Shown one piece after another: positions 51,456 to 64,000 of a DNA stretch of 64,000 bases (its first letter is position 1; the number at the start of each line of letters is the position of its first letter). Under the pieces are notes generated by a model. It made no database searches, was not told the DNA's origin, and saw only the letters and a list, made by a program, of their open reading frames with translations. A program made the position numbers and the translations under genes. The DNA comes from Octopus vulgaris. Taxonomy: Eukaryota. The stretch is taken from positions 59,582,001 to 59,646,000 of the forward strand of contig OX597830.1 in assembly GCA_951406725.2 (NCBI GenBank), read 5' to 3'.

Positions 51456-52512
51456 ATATATTTCATATGGAGGATGCAAGGCTGCTCCTACAATCGTTAC
51501 AGCTCTGGTTGTAGCATTGGAGACACCTTAGCTCCATGGCTAAGGATATCTGCAATGCTATAAATGCGTGCCTGTGTGTATATATATATATGTATGTATA
51601 TGTGTAGAGATACATATAAATGTGTCTGTGTATATGTGATACATATGGGTGTGTGCATATATATGCACACACACACACACACAAATACACACACACATAT
51701 GCATATATACATTAGCATTTATACAAATTCACATAAGCAGGTGAGGGAATATACATTCACAAGTATGTTACACAATTTCACTCCACCAACATCGCATTCC
51801 TCTATCACCCCACCGAAACCATCATGCTAGGGTAGCAGACATAACAATTCCATTCTTGGTGAGAGGGATAAAGCGTATCACAGCGATGGTGGGGAGAGGG
51901 GAAGAAGGGTTGGTGCTTTCCTGCGCCACCACCACCATCTCACATACCTCCTTTATATCTCTCTCTACATTCCTGGAGCCAGGTGGCTAGGGGGTGTGAA
52001 GGCGAGGGTGAAGGTGGGGGTGTGAATACTCGCAAATACGCAACGTTAACACAGCAGCTGTGTACGCACACACACACACACAGCTATGTTTCAGTTTATG
52101 CAGCAACACATACGCATGCGCTTACACACACACACACACACACACCTGCATGCATGTATGTGTGTATTTACATACATATACACATACATACACACATGTA
52201 TGGCACACAGATACACCAAATTGTATAGGCTTTTAACAAACACACACATACATACACATGCATATACTGACATCTACACCCATAAAGATGAAACCACATC
52301 CAGTGTATGCGTGCATATGCACATGTATGTGTAAATGTTTGTATGCATGTGTGAGTGTATACACACACACATGCATGCATACATACAATTACACACGCAA
52401 TATCAGCAAGCATACATATATAAACTGTACATAAGTCATCTTGTAGAGAGTAGCATACTTGCAAACATGTACTGGTATATAACACACACCACATTGATTG
52501 ACGTGTATGCTA

Positions 52513-52551
<39 letters not shown>

Positions 52552-52841
52552 AAGAGAGAGAGAGAGAGACATGCACACACATACACAGACACGTGTACAC
52601 GCAAATACAAATGAGCCGAGGAACCGTACATATGGTCAATCAACGTGTCAGAAACAGCAGCCAAATTTCCCTCAAATCATACCCCTACCCTCTTATGGCA
52701 GAACACGACACATTATAGGATAGCATGTAGGCCTTGCTGCACATCCTTAAAATACGACTGGATGGTTCCAGCTGGAATGTCTTGGATCATAAGGCTTACT
52801 TAATCAATTCCAAACTAAGATTGAACAACACAAATGTATAT

Positions 52842-52885
<44 letters not shown>

Positions 52886-53126
52886 GCATATGTACATGCA
52901 CACAAAAACTTCCATACAGTAAATACCACAGAAACACACAAGTCCATACGTTTCCAACAACATGCTCTCGCCTCTCACTCACTCACTCACTCTCTCTCAT
53001 TTTCATCTATTCTTCTCTTCCTTTTTCACCCTCTCTCATTGACACTAGTGTTTCTTACTCTCCCTCTTTTCCTTTTATACTTTATATCATCCTTTCAGTC
53101 TATCTTCACTATACTATTTCGTACTA

Positions 53127-53160
<34 letters not shown>

Positions 53161-53884
53161 CTCTCTCTCTCCCTACCCCTCAGCTAATTCTTTCTGTTTC
53201 TTATTACTTCTTACCTCCTTTCTCTCCTCTCATCCTTACTCCCTCCCCACAATCTATTCTCAAAAACTGCTAAGCGCTGTGGCTGTTATACATGCTTACA
53301 ACTGTGATCGCAATGATGATGATGATGTTGGCAGTAGGAGGGGTGGGAGTGATGGTGATGATGGTAGGGGTGGTGGTGATGATGATGATGATGATGATGA
53401 AAGCGTAGGAGGAAGAAGAGAGGAGTAACAGCACTAGAGATAGAGAGAGTGAAAGAGTGAGAGAGGGAGTAGTGATGTATAACCTAGATACTGGCCAATA
53501 GACACATGTACACATGTTTGTTGCAGTATTGCCGCCAATATTAAAACACTACCACAAACAACAACAACAACACCAGCAGCACCTCCTTCGACAAAGCTTC
53601 CACCACTGACTGACACCATTACCATCTCCAGCTACAACAACACAAGCAAAATGCACCACCATTTCACCACTGCCATCACCACCACCACCGCCACAACTCA
53701 ACAATATCACTGACAATACATAATATAACCCACTCCCTACCTCCGCCTCCTTGTCAGCATTACCACCACCACCACCACCACCACACTATTATTACTTCTA
53801 CTACTGCTGCTGCTGCTGCAACTATTACTACTACTACTACCACCACTATTACAGCAAGCCAGGGAAGGAGCCTCTGCAGAATAC

Positions 53885-54130
53885 TTCAACCTGCTAGAAA
53901 TAGCAGCCAAATCTTCAAAATGCACCCTATCATCTTAAGAGAGAAAAGCACATTGGATAATGTAGTCCTAGATACACTGTGATCAACGTCACAAGCCTAT
54001 GATCAAAGCCATTCTCTACCACCACCATCACCACCATTAGCAACTTGTGTTGGTGGCGGGAGAGAAGTCTTTGAACATAGGTCTGCTCAATCAGGGCTGA
54101 CTTGGGCCCCCTAGTCAACAATAACAACAA
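53885..54130 (+). mobile_element. Interspersed repeat family E
   Basis: CTGCTAGAAATAGCAGCCAAATC...GATAATGTAGTCCTAGATACA...GGTCTGCTCAATCAGGGCTGAC + (CAA)n; related pieces at 46290-46630, 48925-49090, 52640-52830, 59165-59350 and 28480-28545. Confidence 0.65.
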
Positions 54131-55034
54131 CTACCACCAGTGTTCGGTTCAAATGAACATCAATAAAATACTAGTTTGTTGTTGCTGTTGTATGCAGAGT
54201 ATCCCAGCCTCACCCTGCTCTGTAATGGCACCATGTTAGCAGATCCAACAAAGCCTTCATCTATTTAATTAACATCTACATCTATCATTATGTGTACATG
54301 TTCCTGTTGGTATGTGCGTATGCGTTGCTGTAGATGTATGTGTACTTGAGATTAAAACGTCACAGACATCAACTGTAAAAGTGAGTCAATGTGTGCGTTT
54401 GTGTGTGCGTATTAGATCTATGTGTGTGTGTATGTGTTAGATATGTACATTTTCCATATACATATATGCTGGATAGAGACAGATAGATCTGATCAAATGA
54501 TCAAAAGAATCCACAATCAATTAAAAGAGTTCAATGTTAAGAACAGAGACATTTATTCAATGTATTTCTTTACAAACTGGCCATGTTTCAACTATCAAAA
54601 TCATTAGAGGTGGTCGGAGGGTGGATAGGCTATTGGCAAGTTTCACTTTCTACTTGGTCCAATGAAACAACTTAATTTAAAAAGTGCCATTAATTCTCAC
54701 CAAGGATGTACATCAGAAAATCCCAGCCTTTTCCCAATCACATCTGAACCATTGTATTGTATGAGAGCAAAGAATCCAGATTAATTTTATAGCAAAATAA
54801 AATAACTGTTTTGCTTCTTATTTTTCTTAGCAAAAGTGACTGTTTTTTTAAATTTTTATTTATTGATTGATTTCTACATGGCTGTGTGGTTAAGAACTTT
54901 GCTTCCCAACTGCATAACTTGGGGTTCAGTCCCACTGCATGAAGCCTTGAGCAAATGTTCTCCACTTCGCCATCTGCCTCTCAGCTGACTTGTGAGTGGA
55001 TTTGGTAGATGGAAATTGAGGGACGTTCCTTGCT

Positions 55035-55110
<76 letters not shown>

Positions 55111-55895
55111 TGTGTGTGTGTGTGCACACATTTGGATTTTCCTTGTTTTGAGATGGTACAATAGTCGTAAATGAGGTTAAAGAGGTAAATGCTTTCATAC
55201 AGTGTCATTTCTTTTCAGTCTTCCAGGGAAATATGATGAACCTGATGAAAATATTACCTAGTTGGGAGACAGATAAAGGTTGATGACAGGAAGGGCATCC
55301 AGTCATAGAAAATTTGCCTCAATGAATTCTGTTTGACCCATTTATGCATGGAAAAGTGGATGTTAAAAAGCTGATGTTCATGATCACACACACACACACA
55401 CACACACCCACACCTATATATGTAGGTCATTTTAAAAACTTTTCTGAATCCTTTTCACAAAGGAGTTAATTTCTAAGAACCAAAGAACAATCAATGAGTT
55501 TAGATTACAACAACAGCAAAATAATTATATTTAATATTATAGAAAAGTGTTGCTGGCAAGATTTTCCTTAGCCCACTAGCAAATCAAATTCCAATTTCAA
55601 TATATGTCACAAGATCCCTTTCTTTACTCAGAACCCCAGTTTCTCCAAACTGTTAATGATTCCCTATTTTCAGAATTGGTATATTGTAGCATGTCAAAAG
55701 AGGCAACTAAAACTGACCATAGAACACTAAAAAAGAACTGTTCAATCCATGTCCACATGTAATAAGTATAAACAACAGTGGTCTCTACTCTTGAGAGTTG
55801 ACTGGTTTTGTGCCACCTCATCTGTCTTTCCCCTCTTCTTGTCATCTATATTGTGTTCACCATACTCCCACCCCAAGTTTCAAAGGAATCATTAA

Positions 55896-56054
55896 CTCTT
55901 CAGCATTTTAACTGCTCTAAATATTCTACCTGTTTTATATGCAAACCAGCCACATCATTGAAATCTCAAAGCTACCAGGTAAATGCCTGATTAATTCAAA
56001 ACAATGTGAATAAATGAAGAATACATTTAACAGAGCAATCTGAATACTAAAGGG
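55896..56054 (+). mobile_element. piggyBac-type MITE
   Basis: TTAA on both flanks; TIRs CTCTTCAGCATT / AATACTAAAGGG. Confidence 0.7.
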
Positions 56055-56339
56055 TTAAAAGCCTTCCTTTTTCAGAGCATCAACTCCCTGAAATCTTCCC
56101 ATCCTGCTCATATTTGCTTACTGTTATCATCAATTTGTAAAGCAATAAAAAAAATTATGATTTTAATTAACTACAATTTCTGACTTTCCATTCCACTCAG
56201 TTGTTCTTCCTTATTCCAGAAAACACTTTCATACTTTGGTCCACCAAAAATTCCTTACTTTCTTCTAAAACTGTGGCAGCATTCATTCCTATTGTACATC
56301 TACCAAACCAGATATCATTTTATATGTATACAATGCTAC

Positions 56340-57510
56340 TGTAGCTATAAGCATTTGTATATCATATTCCTGGAGGTAGCCTGAAGCTTGATAGAATAGT
56401 TACATAGCTTGCAGAAAATGATGAACATCTGCTGAAAATATCCAAAGTGATGTGGTGCAACAGAATTGTCTTATTATATTATAGAGGCCTGGTGGCATTC
56501 CTACCATTTACCAGGTATTTTACTAGTTATCACCATTTAGCACTTCAATGCTGAAGGTAAGATGTAATCTATCTGTCACTGGTTGAGCACAGGCTATTCA
56601 CCTTGTCTATGTAGCTTTTAATCATATCATATATTCACATATATATGTACATACTTACATACGCATGCACACACAACACAAACAGGCATAAATGTACACA
56701 CACACACAAATAGATATACATATACAAAAATGCTAGAATGGAGCAAGATATTTTTAAGAGCCGTACACTTTCACTCAAATGACTTAACTCAGCTCACTCT
56801 CTCATTCTTGTATTATCATCATCATCAGTTAACGTCTGCTTTCCATGCTGGCATGGGTTGGATGGCTTGGTTGAGGACTGGCAAGCTAGAAGGATGCACC
56901 AGGTTCCAATCTGATCTGGCAAGGTTTCTACAGCTGGATACCCTTCCTAACGCCAACCACTCCGAGAGTGTAGTGGGTGCTTTTGACATGCCACCAGTAT
57001 GGGTGCCAGTCAGGCGGAACTGGCATTGGCCACAACAGCTTCACTTGACTCAACAAGCCTTTGCAAGCACAGTTTATTTCCCAATGATTGAAGGGTTCTC
57101 TTAAATGGGCCAGTTATGCTGCACTGGCATAGGTCTAGGCCAGTATATATTTATACCTAATGACAAGATAAAGTCAAAAGCTAGGGATTGCCAAAACATC
57201 TGAAGGGATATCCAGATCTGATATTAACACCAAACCTGGTCTGTGTCCAGATCCTTAAAACATCATACCCGATGGTTGGTTGTCCTGCATCACAGCTTTT
57301 ACCCCAGCATGACAGTATATTTGCTATCTGCATCAACTGAAACCATTAACCTGCTGCTACCAACTTTGAAGTTGTGAAGATGTAGATTTACTTCTTTATT
57401 CTATGCCTTGTTAGAATAAAATGGACAACCATCTGCCCGTGATCCTCTGCTCTTTAGCCAAGTCTTGCTTTTTCATTCGGCAGAGTGTCCAAACTCACCA
57501 TCCTCACCGA
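56340..57510 (-). mobile_element. Decayed LINE APE-endonuclease fragment interrupted by a family D element
   Basis: Minus-strand remnants GQPTIGYDVL...RFGVNIRSG and QIDYIL in the order expected for an RTE endonuclease. Confidence 0.4.
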
Positions 57511-58204
57511 GCAAGCTTGGCAAGAATAATACATATATATCATTATTTTAACATCTACTTTACCATGCTTGGGTCAGACAGACTTTTCTACAGCCAAGAT
57601 GCTCTTTCTGTCACCAACCCTGACCTGTTTTCAGACAAGGTAATATTTCCTGTGGCCAGGCACGTCTTTGAGGCATTGTCTGGCCACAGGAACAAACAAC
57701 ACTGCTTGTATGATGGGGATGTTCATTTACAGCCGCCACATGATGTCAAGACAAGGGTGCACATGACAAGATGCACATTGTACATACATGCGTGCGTATG
57801 TGCATGTATATATGTATGTATATACACGTGTGTGTGTGTGTTAAGATGTTTTTTTTTTTCATGAGTATAAAATCTAATTTTTCAGTGTATGTATGCTATC
57901 TTTTACTTGTGTTAGTCATTAAGCTGTGGCCATACTGAGACACTACACACACACACACACACATGCATGCACAGACTTAGTCAGAACCCTTTCTTTTGAA
58001 TGGCAGAAAAATTAAAAAACCAAACTAAACACTTTTAGTATATATATATATATGCTTTTTTTACCAGTCATATACTGGGGACAATTCTAGTGACTATATT
58101 CCTCCTATTTGACTATAAATACACATATGCATGTATGTATGTATGTATGTATATATGTGTATAAAACAAGTTAAAAATAAATTATATATGTGTGCGTGTG
58201 TGTG

Positions 58205-58242
<38 letters not shown>

Positions 58243-58670
58243 GGAGAGATCCTGTGCCCCCCCCCCCCCCGTAAGAAATCATCATCATCATCACCAACAT
58301 CATTACCTCAGGTTACATTACTATTCATACATTATTCATACATTATTCACACATCCCTTATATAACTTACATGTGCAGTGAACTTGTACCCACATACATG
58401 ATCACACACACACACACACACACATGCTTCCCTGCTTTTCCCTTGCTATTACTCCACCACCACCACCACCACCACACTGTTTACCTCTGTCACTTTGCCT
58501 AACCCCTGACCTAGTGACCTTTATTAGACTCATGCCACATTAAGAGGATGTTTACCTGATGGTAATGTCAGTCCTATACACAGTGCCATGTTATAGTGTG
58601 TACACACTGCAAATGATGTATACATATAGTGTGTGTGTGTGTATGTGTTTGTGTGTGTGAGTGTGTGTGT

Positions 58671-58732
<62 letters not shown>

Positions 58733-59370
58733 CTGTGTTTGTGTATGTGTTCAAGTGTATATGTATTTCTGCATATGTTGTCTATATAATGTGTATATAA
58801 TTGTATACACGTGTATAATATTAATTTATAATGCTTCAATAAACAGTGTATTTGTCTTTCTTATATTGTCTTACTGGTGCGCGCACACACACACACACAC
58901 CTCACTAATCTGTAAATGGTAGAAGAAATATGCTTCTATGTGGGTGTATATATACATATATATGGGAGGGATCTTGAATGTTGAAGACACACACGTGTTC
59001 GTGTAGGTAAGTCTATATTAATAGTGGCTCCACCTATGTGCAATTAAGACTTGCAAGTGCCACCTACAGAGTAATTAATAGTCAGCGAGTTGAATTTAAT
59101 TAAAATAAGAAGTGAGGGGTGGACAGAAGTAGGAGCAACGATAATTGCAAAGATGATATAGTGTTGGCTGTTGCTGTTTAGCCCAAGGCCTTCTCAGATT
59201 GATCATACCACTGATCAGAGCATTTTTAGCCATCACTATCTGACACGTATAACAAGAAACTACACAATCCAATAAGGCCTTCATTTAAAATGAGAGGGGT
59301 ACAGTTTTTGAGGGAGATTTAGCAGCTATTTCTAACAGGTCAAATTACCACATAAATACTCTCACACTAG

Positions 59371-59736
59371 TTACCTCCATCTAAGTGAAGGTGGAGGTCT
59401 TGTTTTCAGTTGCATTTGTTTGTCTGTGGACAAGATATCTCAAAATCCAAAGGATGGATTCGGATGAAACTTCCAGTGATGATTGGCCTTGTGACTGGCA
59501 CTAACTGATTCGATTTTGGGATCGATCCGGTACCAGACAAGGATTCTGGATTATTTTTCCTTTTTTTTTTTTTTTTTTTTTTTTCAAACTTAATTTTCGA
59601 GTGGATGGGTTCATTTTTGGTATTCTCGTTTGTGAAAGCAGTCAAGTTTATTTCAGATATTATCATTTTAAAAATCCTCTCTGGCTAATCGTTGAGAGGT
59701 GTTGCCTCGGCAGAAGTTTGCACTCTCGGAATGCTT
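59371..59736 (+). mobile_element. Non-autonomous Helentron (HINE/DINE-like)
   Basis: 5' TT-ACCTCCATCT...GGTGGAGGT hairpin, (TTTG/TCTG) microsatellite, 3' subterminal repeat CTCGGCAGAAGT and terminal hairpin GCACTC-TCG-GAATGC-TT. Confidence 0.7.
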
Positions 59737-60163
59737 GTGTTTGTAATGCATTAGGGTGGTGGTATTGGTGATGGCACTGGTTGTGAATGCAGTGAAAATG
59801 GTACATGGTATTAATGTGTTAAGTGGCAATAGTGGTGGTGGTCGTCGTAATGACTGTGTGTGTGTACGTGCAAGCGCATGCAGAAATGTAACTGGAACAG
59901 TGATAAACTACATTAACAAGACATTTCTAAAGCGAGAGAAAACGAGAGAAAGACAGAGAAAGAGAGAACAATGATGCCATCAACAGGCCTTGTACATGGC
60001 TACCGAAAGCCAGCCAGTGGTATTACAAAGATTTCAGAGATTATTACATCAGTGTATTATTGGTAATGTTGGCAGCACACAAATGTCTTTACCATCATGC
60101 TCAAAGGTGACGCCACAGTGTGTGTGTATGTGTGTGTGAGCATGCATGCGTGTTGTTCATGTG

Positions 60164-60240
<77 letters not shown>

Positions 60241-60697
60241 ATACAGAAATACGTAATCATGCACATATAAATAAATGGAAGCAAACGGAACATACAGTAT
60301 TATATATACTTAATGACGTGCATATACGAACATGCATAATACATAAGCATGTATGCACATATTGCTGTATATTAAAGATCACGAATAAATGGGAAAAAAT
60401 GTAAGACATCAAAAAAGGGTCATATACAAAGGTATGTATCTTCATACATTATATATATATATAAATCTCTCTCTCTATATATATATATAAATCTATATAT
60501 ATATATATAAATCTCTCTCTCTCTATATATATATATATAAAAACTATATATATATATATATAAATCTCTCTCTATATATATATATATATATAAAAACTAT
60601 ATATATATATATAAATCTCTCTCTATATATATATAAATCTCTCTCTATATATATATATGTATATATAATTCTATATATATATACATATATAAAAATA

Positions 60698-60738
<41 letters not shown>

Positions 60739-61177
60739 CTAAAATATATATAATAAATCTATATATATATATATATAACACTATATATATATTTGTATAT
60801 ATAAATCTATATACATATATAACTGTATATACATATATAAATATATATGCACAAACACATAATAAATACACGTGTATATGGGATTTGTGTGCATCGTGGG
60901 TATTCTTTATATTCTCTTTTGCCAGTAAATAGTAATATAATAAAGGAATTCAGTTCAAACTCTACTTTAGGTGTACAAAGTCAGTCGATGTATGTTTCAT
61001 GCATGTATGTTCATTACTTACTGTGGAGAGCAGGGGCAACGTTATATAACAAACAACAATATCACTTTTCATATATTTATTTTACTTTCAATGCCAATGG
61101 TTATACAGGGGCCTATATACAACTGGCAATACAGTATTATTAACACGTTATAAATACGCACACATGAACATGCACTC

Positions 61178-61213
<36 letters not shown>

Positions 61214-61560
61214 ACTCAAACACATGTAGTAATAGCTAATAGCTCAACATGCTGCAATTTCCCTTAATATTAAGAAAGCAAGCTTGTATATTGCAAGGAA
61301 GAGATTAAAAAAAAACCATGCACACACACACACACACACACACAAATTAGGTTGTAATCTTTTGACTACCCAACAAGAAAGCCATATTTGAAATATAGGT
61401 ACATATTTGATATTAGTTTTCCAATATCTCCACAGTAGAAGAGATGATTTAAAATTGTATAAAGCGAACATTTCTATAACAAAAGAAAGACCCCCCTGAC
61501 TGCCCCACTGCCCGATCTGCTTCAGTTTCATGAATACTTTTATACATTAACTATGTATGC

Positions 61561-62064
61561 ATATTTATATACCTCCACACACAAGCATACTATGGGTGCA
61601 TAAATATATGGTATCAGTATGTGTACATATATACATGTATACCTCACTTTCTCTGTGTGTGTGTGTGTATATATTCCATATATTATATATATACATATAT
61701 ATATATATATACATATATTATATATATGACTATATATATGTATATATATTCTATATATATTATATTATATATATTTATATATGTATTATACATCATCATC
61801 AACTATTATATATATATATATATATGTTATATATATTTATGTATATATATATTATATGTATGCATATATGTGTGTGTGTGTGTGTATATATATTTGGATA
61901 TACGTAAATATATATGATGATGATGATGTGTATATATATATATTTGTATATATTGTTGTATGTGGAGAGTGTCATTCTCTTTTGGTGCCTAATTATTTAA
62001 CAAATATGCTTTGACACACAAACTTACATAAAGAATCTTGCAACCCAAATCCAAAAACAAAGTA

Positions 62065-62110
<46 letters not shown>

Positions 62111-62252
62111 CACACACACATATATATGTATGTATATATATATATATAGATAGATATACATGTGTGTATATATATGTATATGCATATATATATATGTATG
62201 TATATGTATGTGTATATATATATATATGCATATATATATATGTATGTATATG

Positions 62253-62306
<54 letters not shown>

Positions 62307-62454
62307 CGTGTATATGTATATCATCTTCCATGCTAGCATGGGTTCGAGTATATTAACTATAGAAAGTGAGATGTACATGTATATATGTACACATACTGAT
62401 ACCATATATATTTATGCACCCATAGTATGCTTGTGTGTGGAGGTATATAAATAT
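61561..62454. repeat. Inverted repeat, about 92-bp arms with about 710-bp spacer
   Basis: 61561-61652 is a near-exact reverse complement of 62361-62454. Confidence 0.9.
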
Positions 62455-63248
62455 TTAAACGTATATAAATATACATATATAGTTAATGTATAGTTGGAGT
62501 ATATATGTATATATATATGTATGTATATATATATGTGTTATCGTATATGTGTATATGTTTGTGTACATATATATAAATATATACACACATATATACATAC
62601 ACACACACACATAAATCCATTTGTATAACTGTGTGTTTGTACATGTTTGCATATTTGTGTCAAAGAGCCAAGTAAAGTGACACGAGCAATATAATCCTTC
62701 AGTACTTGAGACACAAAATCAATGCACACACACACACGTGTAGTAAGAATGAAGCAAGGAATAGACTACGCAACCAATCACCTTGCGTGATATTGATGAT
62801 GGTGTGTGTGTGTGTGTGTGTGTGTGTGTGCATTTGTGAATGCATAGCATGGGCAATATGCCTATCGTATATTAAACCTGCCAATAGGATACCAGGTGAA
62901 ATTACCATCTAATTAAATTTTAAAAAAACATATGTAGATGTGTATGTTTGTGCTTTGTGGCTTAGACGTGAGGCAAGCGATGACCATGACCTTAGTATGC
63001 CTCCCCAGACTGGTCAGATTAATACAGATAATCTTTAGTTTGAGCAACAGTACATGTGTGTGTGTGTATGTGTCCATGTATATATATGTGATGCATGTAT
63101 ACACATACATAAATACATACTTATTTAAGATGATTAAAATTTATTTTTGGCTCAGCACTAAGTATAGCAGCTTGCACTCAACTACATTCTCATTCTGAAA
63201 AAGTACAGGGATATTTTCCATCATCTCTGTCTATGTGTATATATATTT

Positions 63249-63518
63249 TTAATTATAATAAAGGGTTAATTGCAACAAGTTGCTCAAAACCACATACCGA
63301 AAATATTAGAAATAACAGCCAAATAGGTCACTATTTGTACTACTAGTAAAAAAGTCTCCACAAACAAACAGAATTTGTTACCCGGGTTACAAATTCTGTT
63401 TGTTTGTGGAGACTTTTTTACTAGTAGTACAAATAGTGACCTATTTGGCTGCTATTTCTAATATTTTCGGTATGTGGTTTTGAGCAACTTGTTGCAATTA
63501 ACCCTTTATTATAATTAA
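63249..63518. repeat. 270-bp near-perfect palindrome
   Basis: 135-bp arms centred on CCC|GGG (63383/63384), no spacer, 2 mismatches found by eye. Confidence 0.97.
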
Positions 63519-63795
63519 TATAATCCTTACCAAATATGGTCATTTCCATACCGAAAAAACTACTAGGAGAAATTTATTAATTTCATTAAATTAATTATAT
63601 TTCACCCTTTATGTGTATTGTATATATATATATATATGATTATTGAATGAAATAGGAACAGGAAATATGGAATGAACTCCATTAGCTTATGGTAGTTTGT
63701 GCAAAAAAGGAGTCACTGCACTCATAGCTAAGTGCTTATGCAACATCTCATAGCTTTCTCAGAGCCATTAAAGTGAAATCTCTCTCCATCTCTTT

Positions 63796-64000
63796 CATCA
63801 TCATTTAGCGTCCGCTTTCCATGCTAGCATGGGTTGGACGGTTCAACTGGGGTCTGGGAAGCCAGAAGGCTGCACCAGGCCCAGTCTGATCTGGCAATGT
63901 TTCTACGGCTGGATGCCCTTCCTAACGCCAATATATATATATTGGCCGTCCAACCCATGCTAGCATGGAAAACGGACGTTAAACGATGATGATGATGATG
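63796..64000. mobile_element. Family D element with an inverted copy of its own tail
   Basis: 63796-63841 pairs with about 63945-63991; the junction carries the perfect palindrome GCCAATATATATATATTGGC. Confidence 0.85.

Noticed and set aside
3438-63198. Most ORFs in the supplied track (YIYI, HTHT, CVCV, poly-L/V/T/D)
   Set aside because: Translations of (TA)n, (CA)n and trinucleotide microsatellites or of SINEs; no recognisable domains.
34801-64000. Ski DHD/SAND-domain exon
   Set aside because: No ORF with GGEKRLCLPQ-like or SAND motifs on the minus strand; presumably outside the window.

Overview
Eukaryotic, AT-rich, microsatellite-saturated DNA; the SINE families and repeat density suggest an octopus (inference from pattern recognition, not a search). 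One host gene is readable: the 3' six coding exons of a Ski/SnoN-family TGF-beta/SMAD co-repressor on the minus strand (34800 to 24598). They have canonical GT-AG sites, a consistent frame and 428 codons plus stop. The exon(s) encoding the DHD and SAND domains were not found and probably lie beyond 64000, so about 29 kb of the window is probably one intron. The rest is transposon-derived: an uninterrupted CR1-like ORF1 running off the left edge (absent from the ORF track), RTE/CR1 fragments, at least four SINE-like families, mariner/Tc1, hAT and piggyBac-type MITEs, and Helitron/Helentron remnants. Most ORFs in the track are microsatellite artefacts. Main leads: (i) a candidate internal first exon (ATG-ACC|GTAAGT) in frame with the 34601-34800 Ski exon, predicting a DHD/SAND-less isoform; (ii) three degenerate Penelope-type minimal hammerhead ribozyme motifs; (iii) many inverted repeats in the intron, including a 270-bp spacerless palindrome, as candidate ADAR/dsRNA substrates. 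None of these leads is established from sequence alone.
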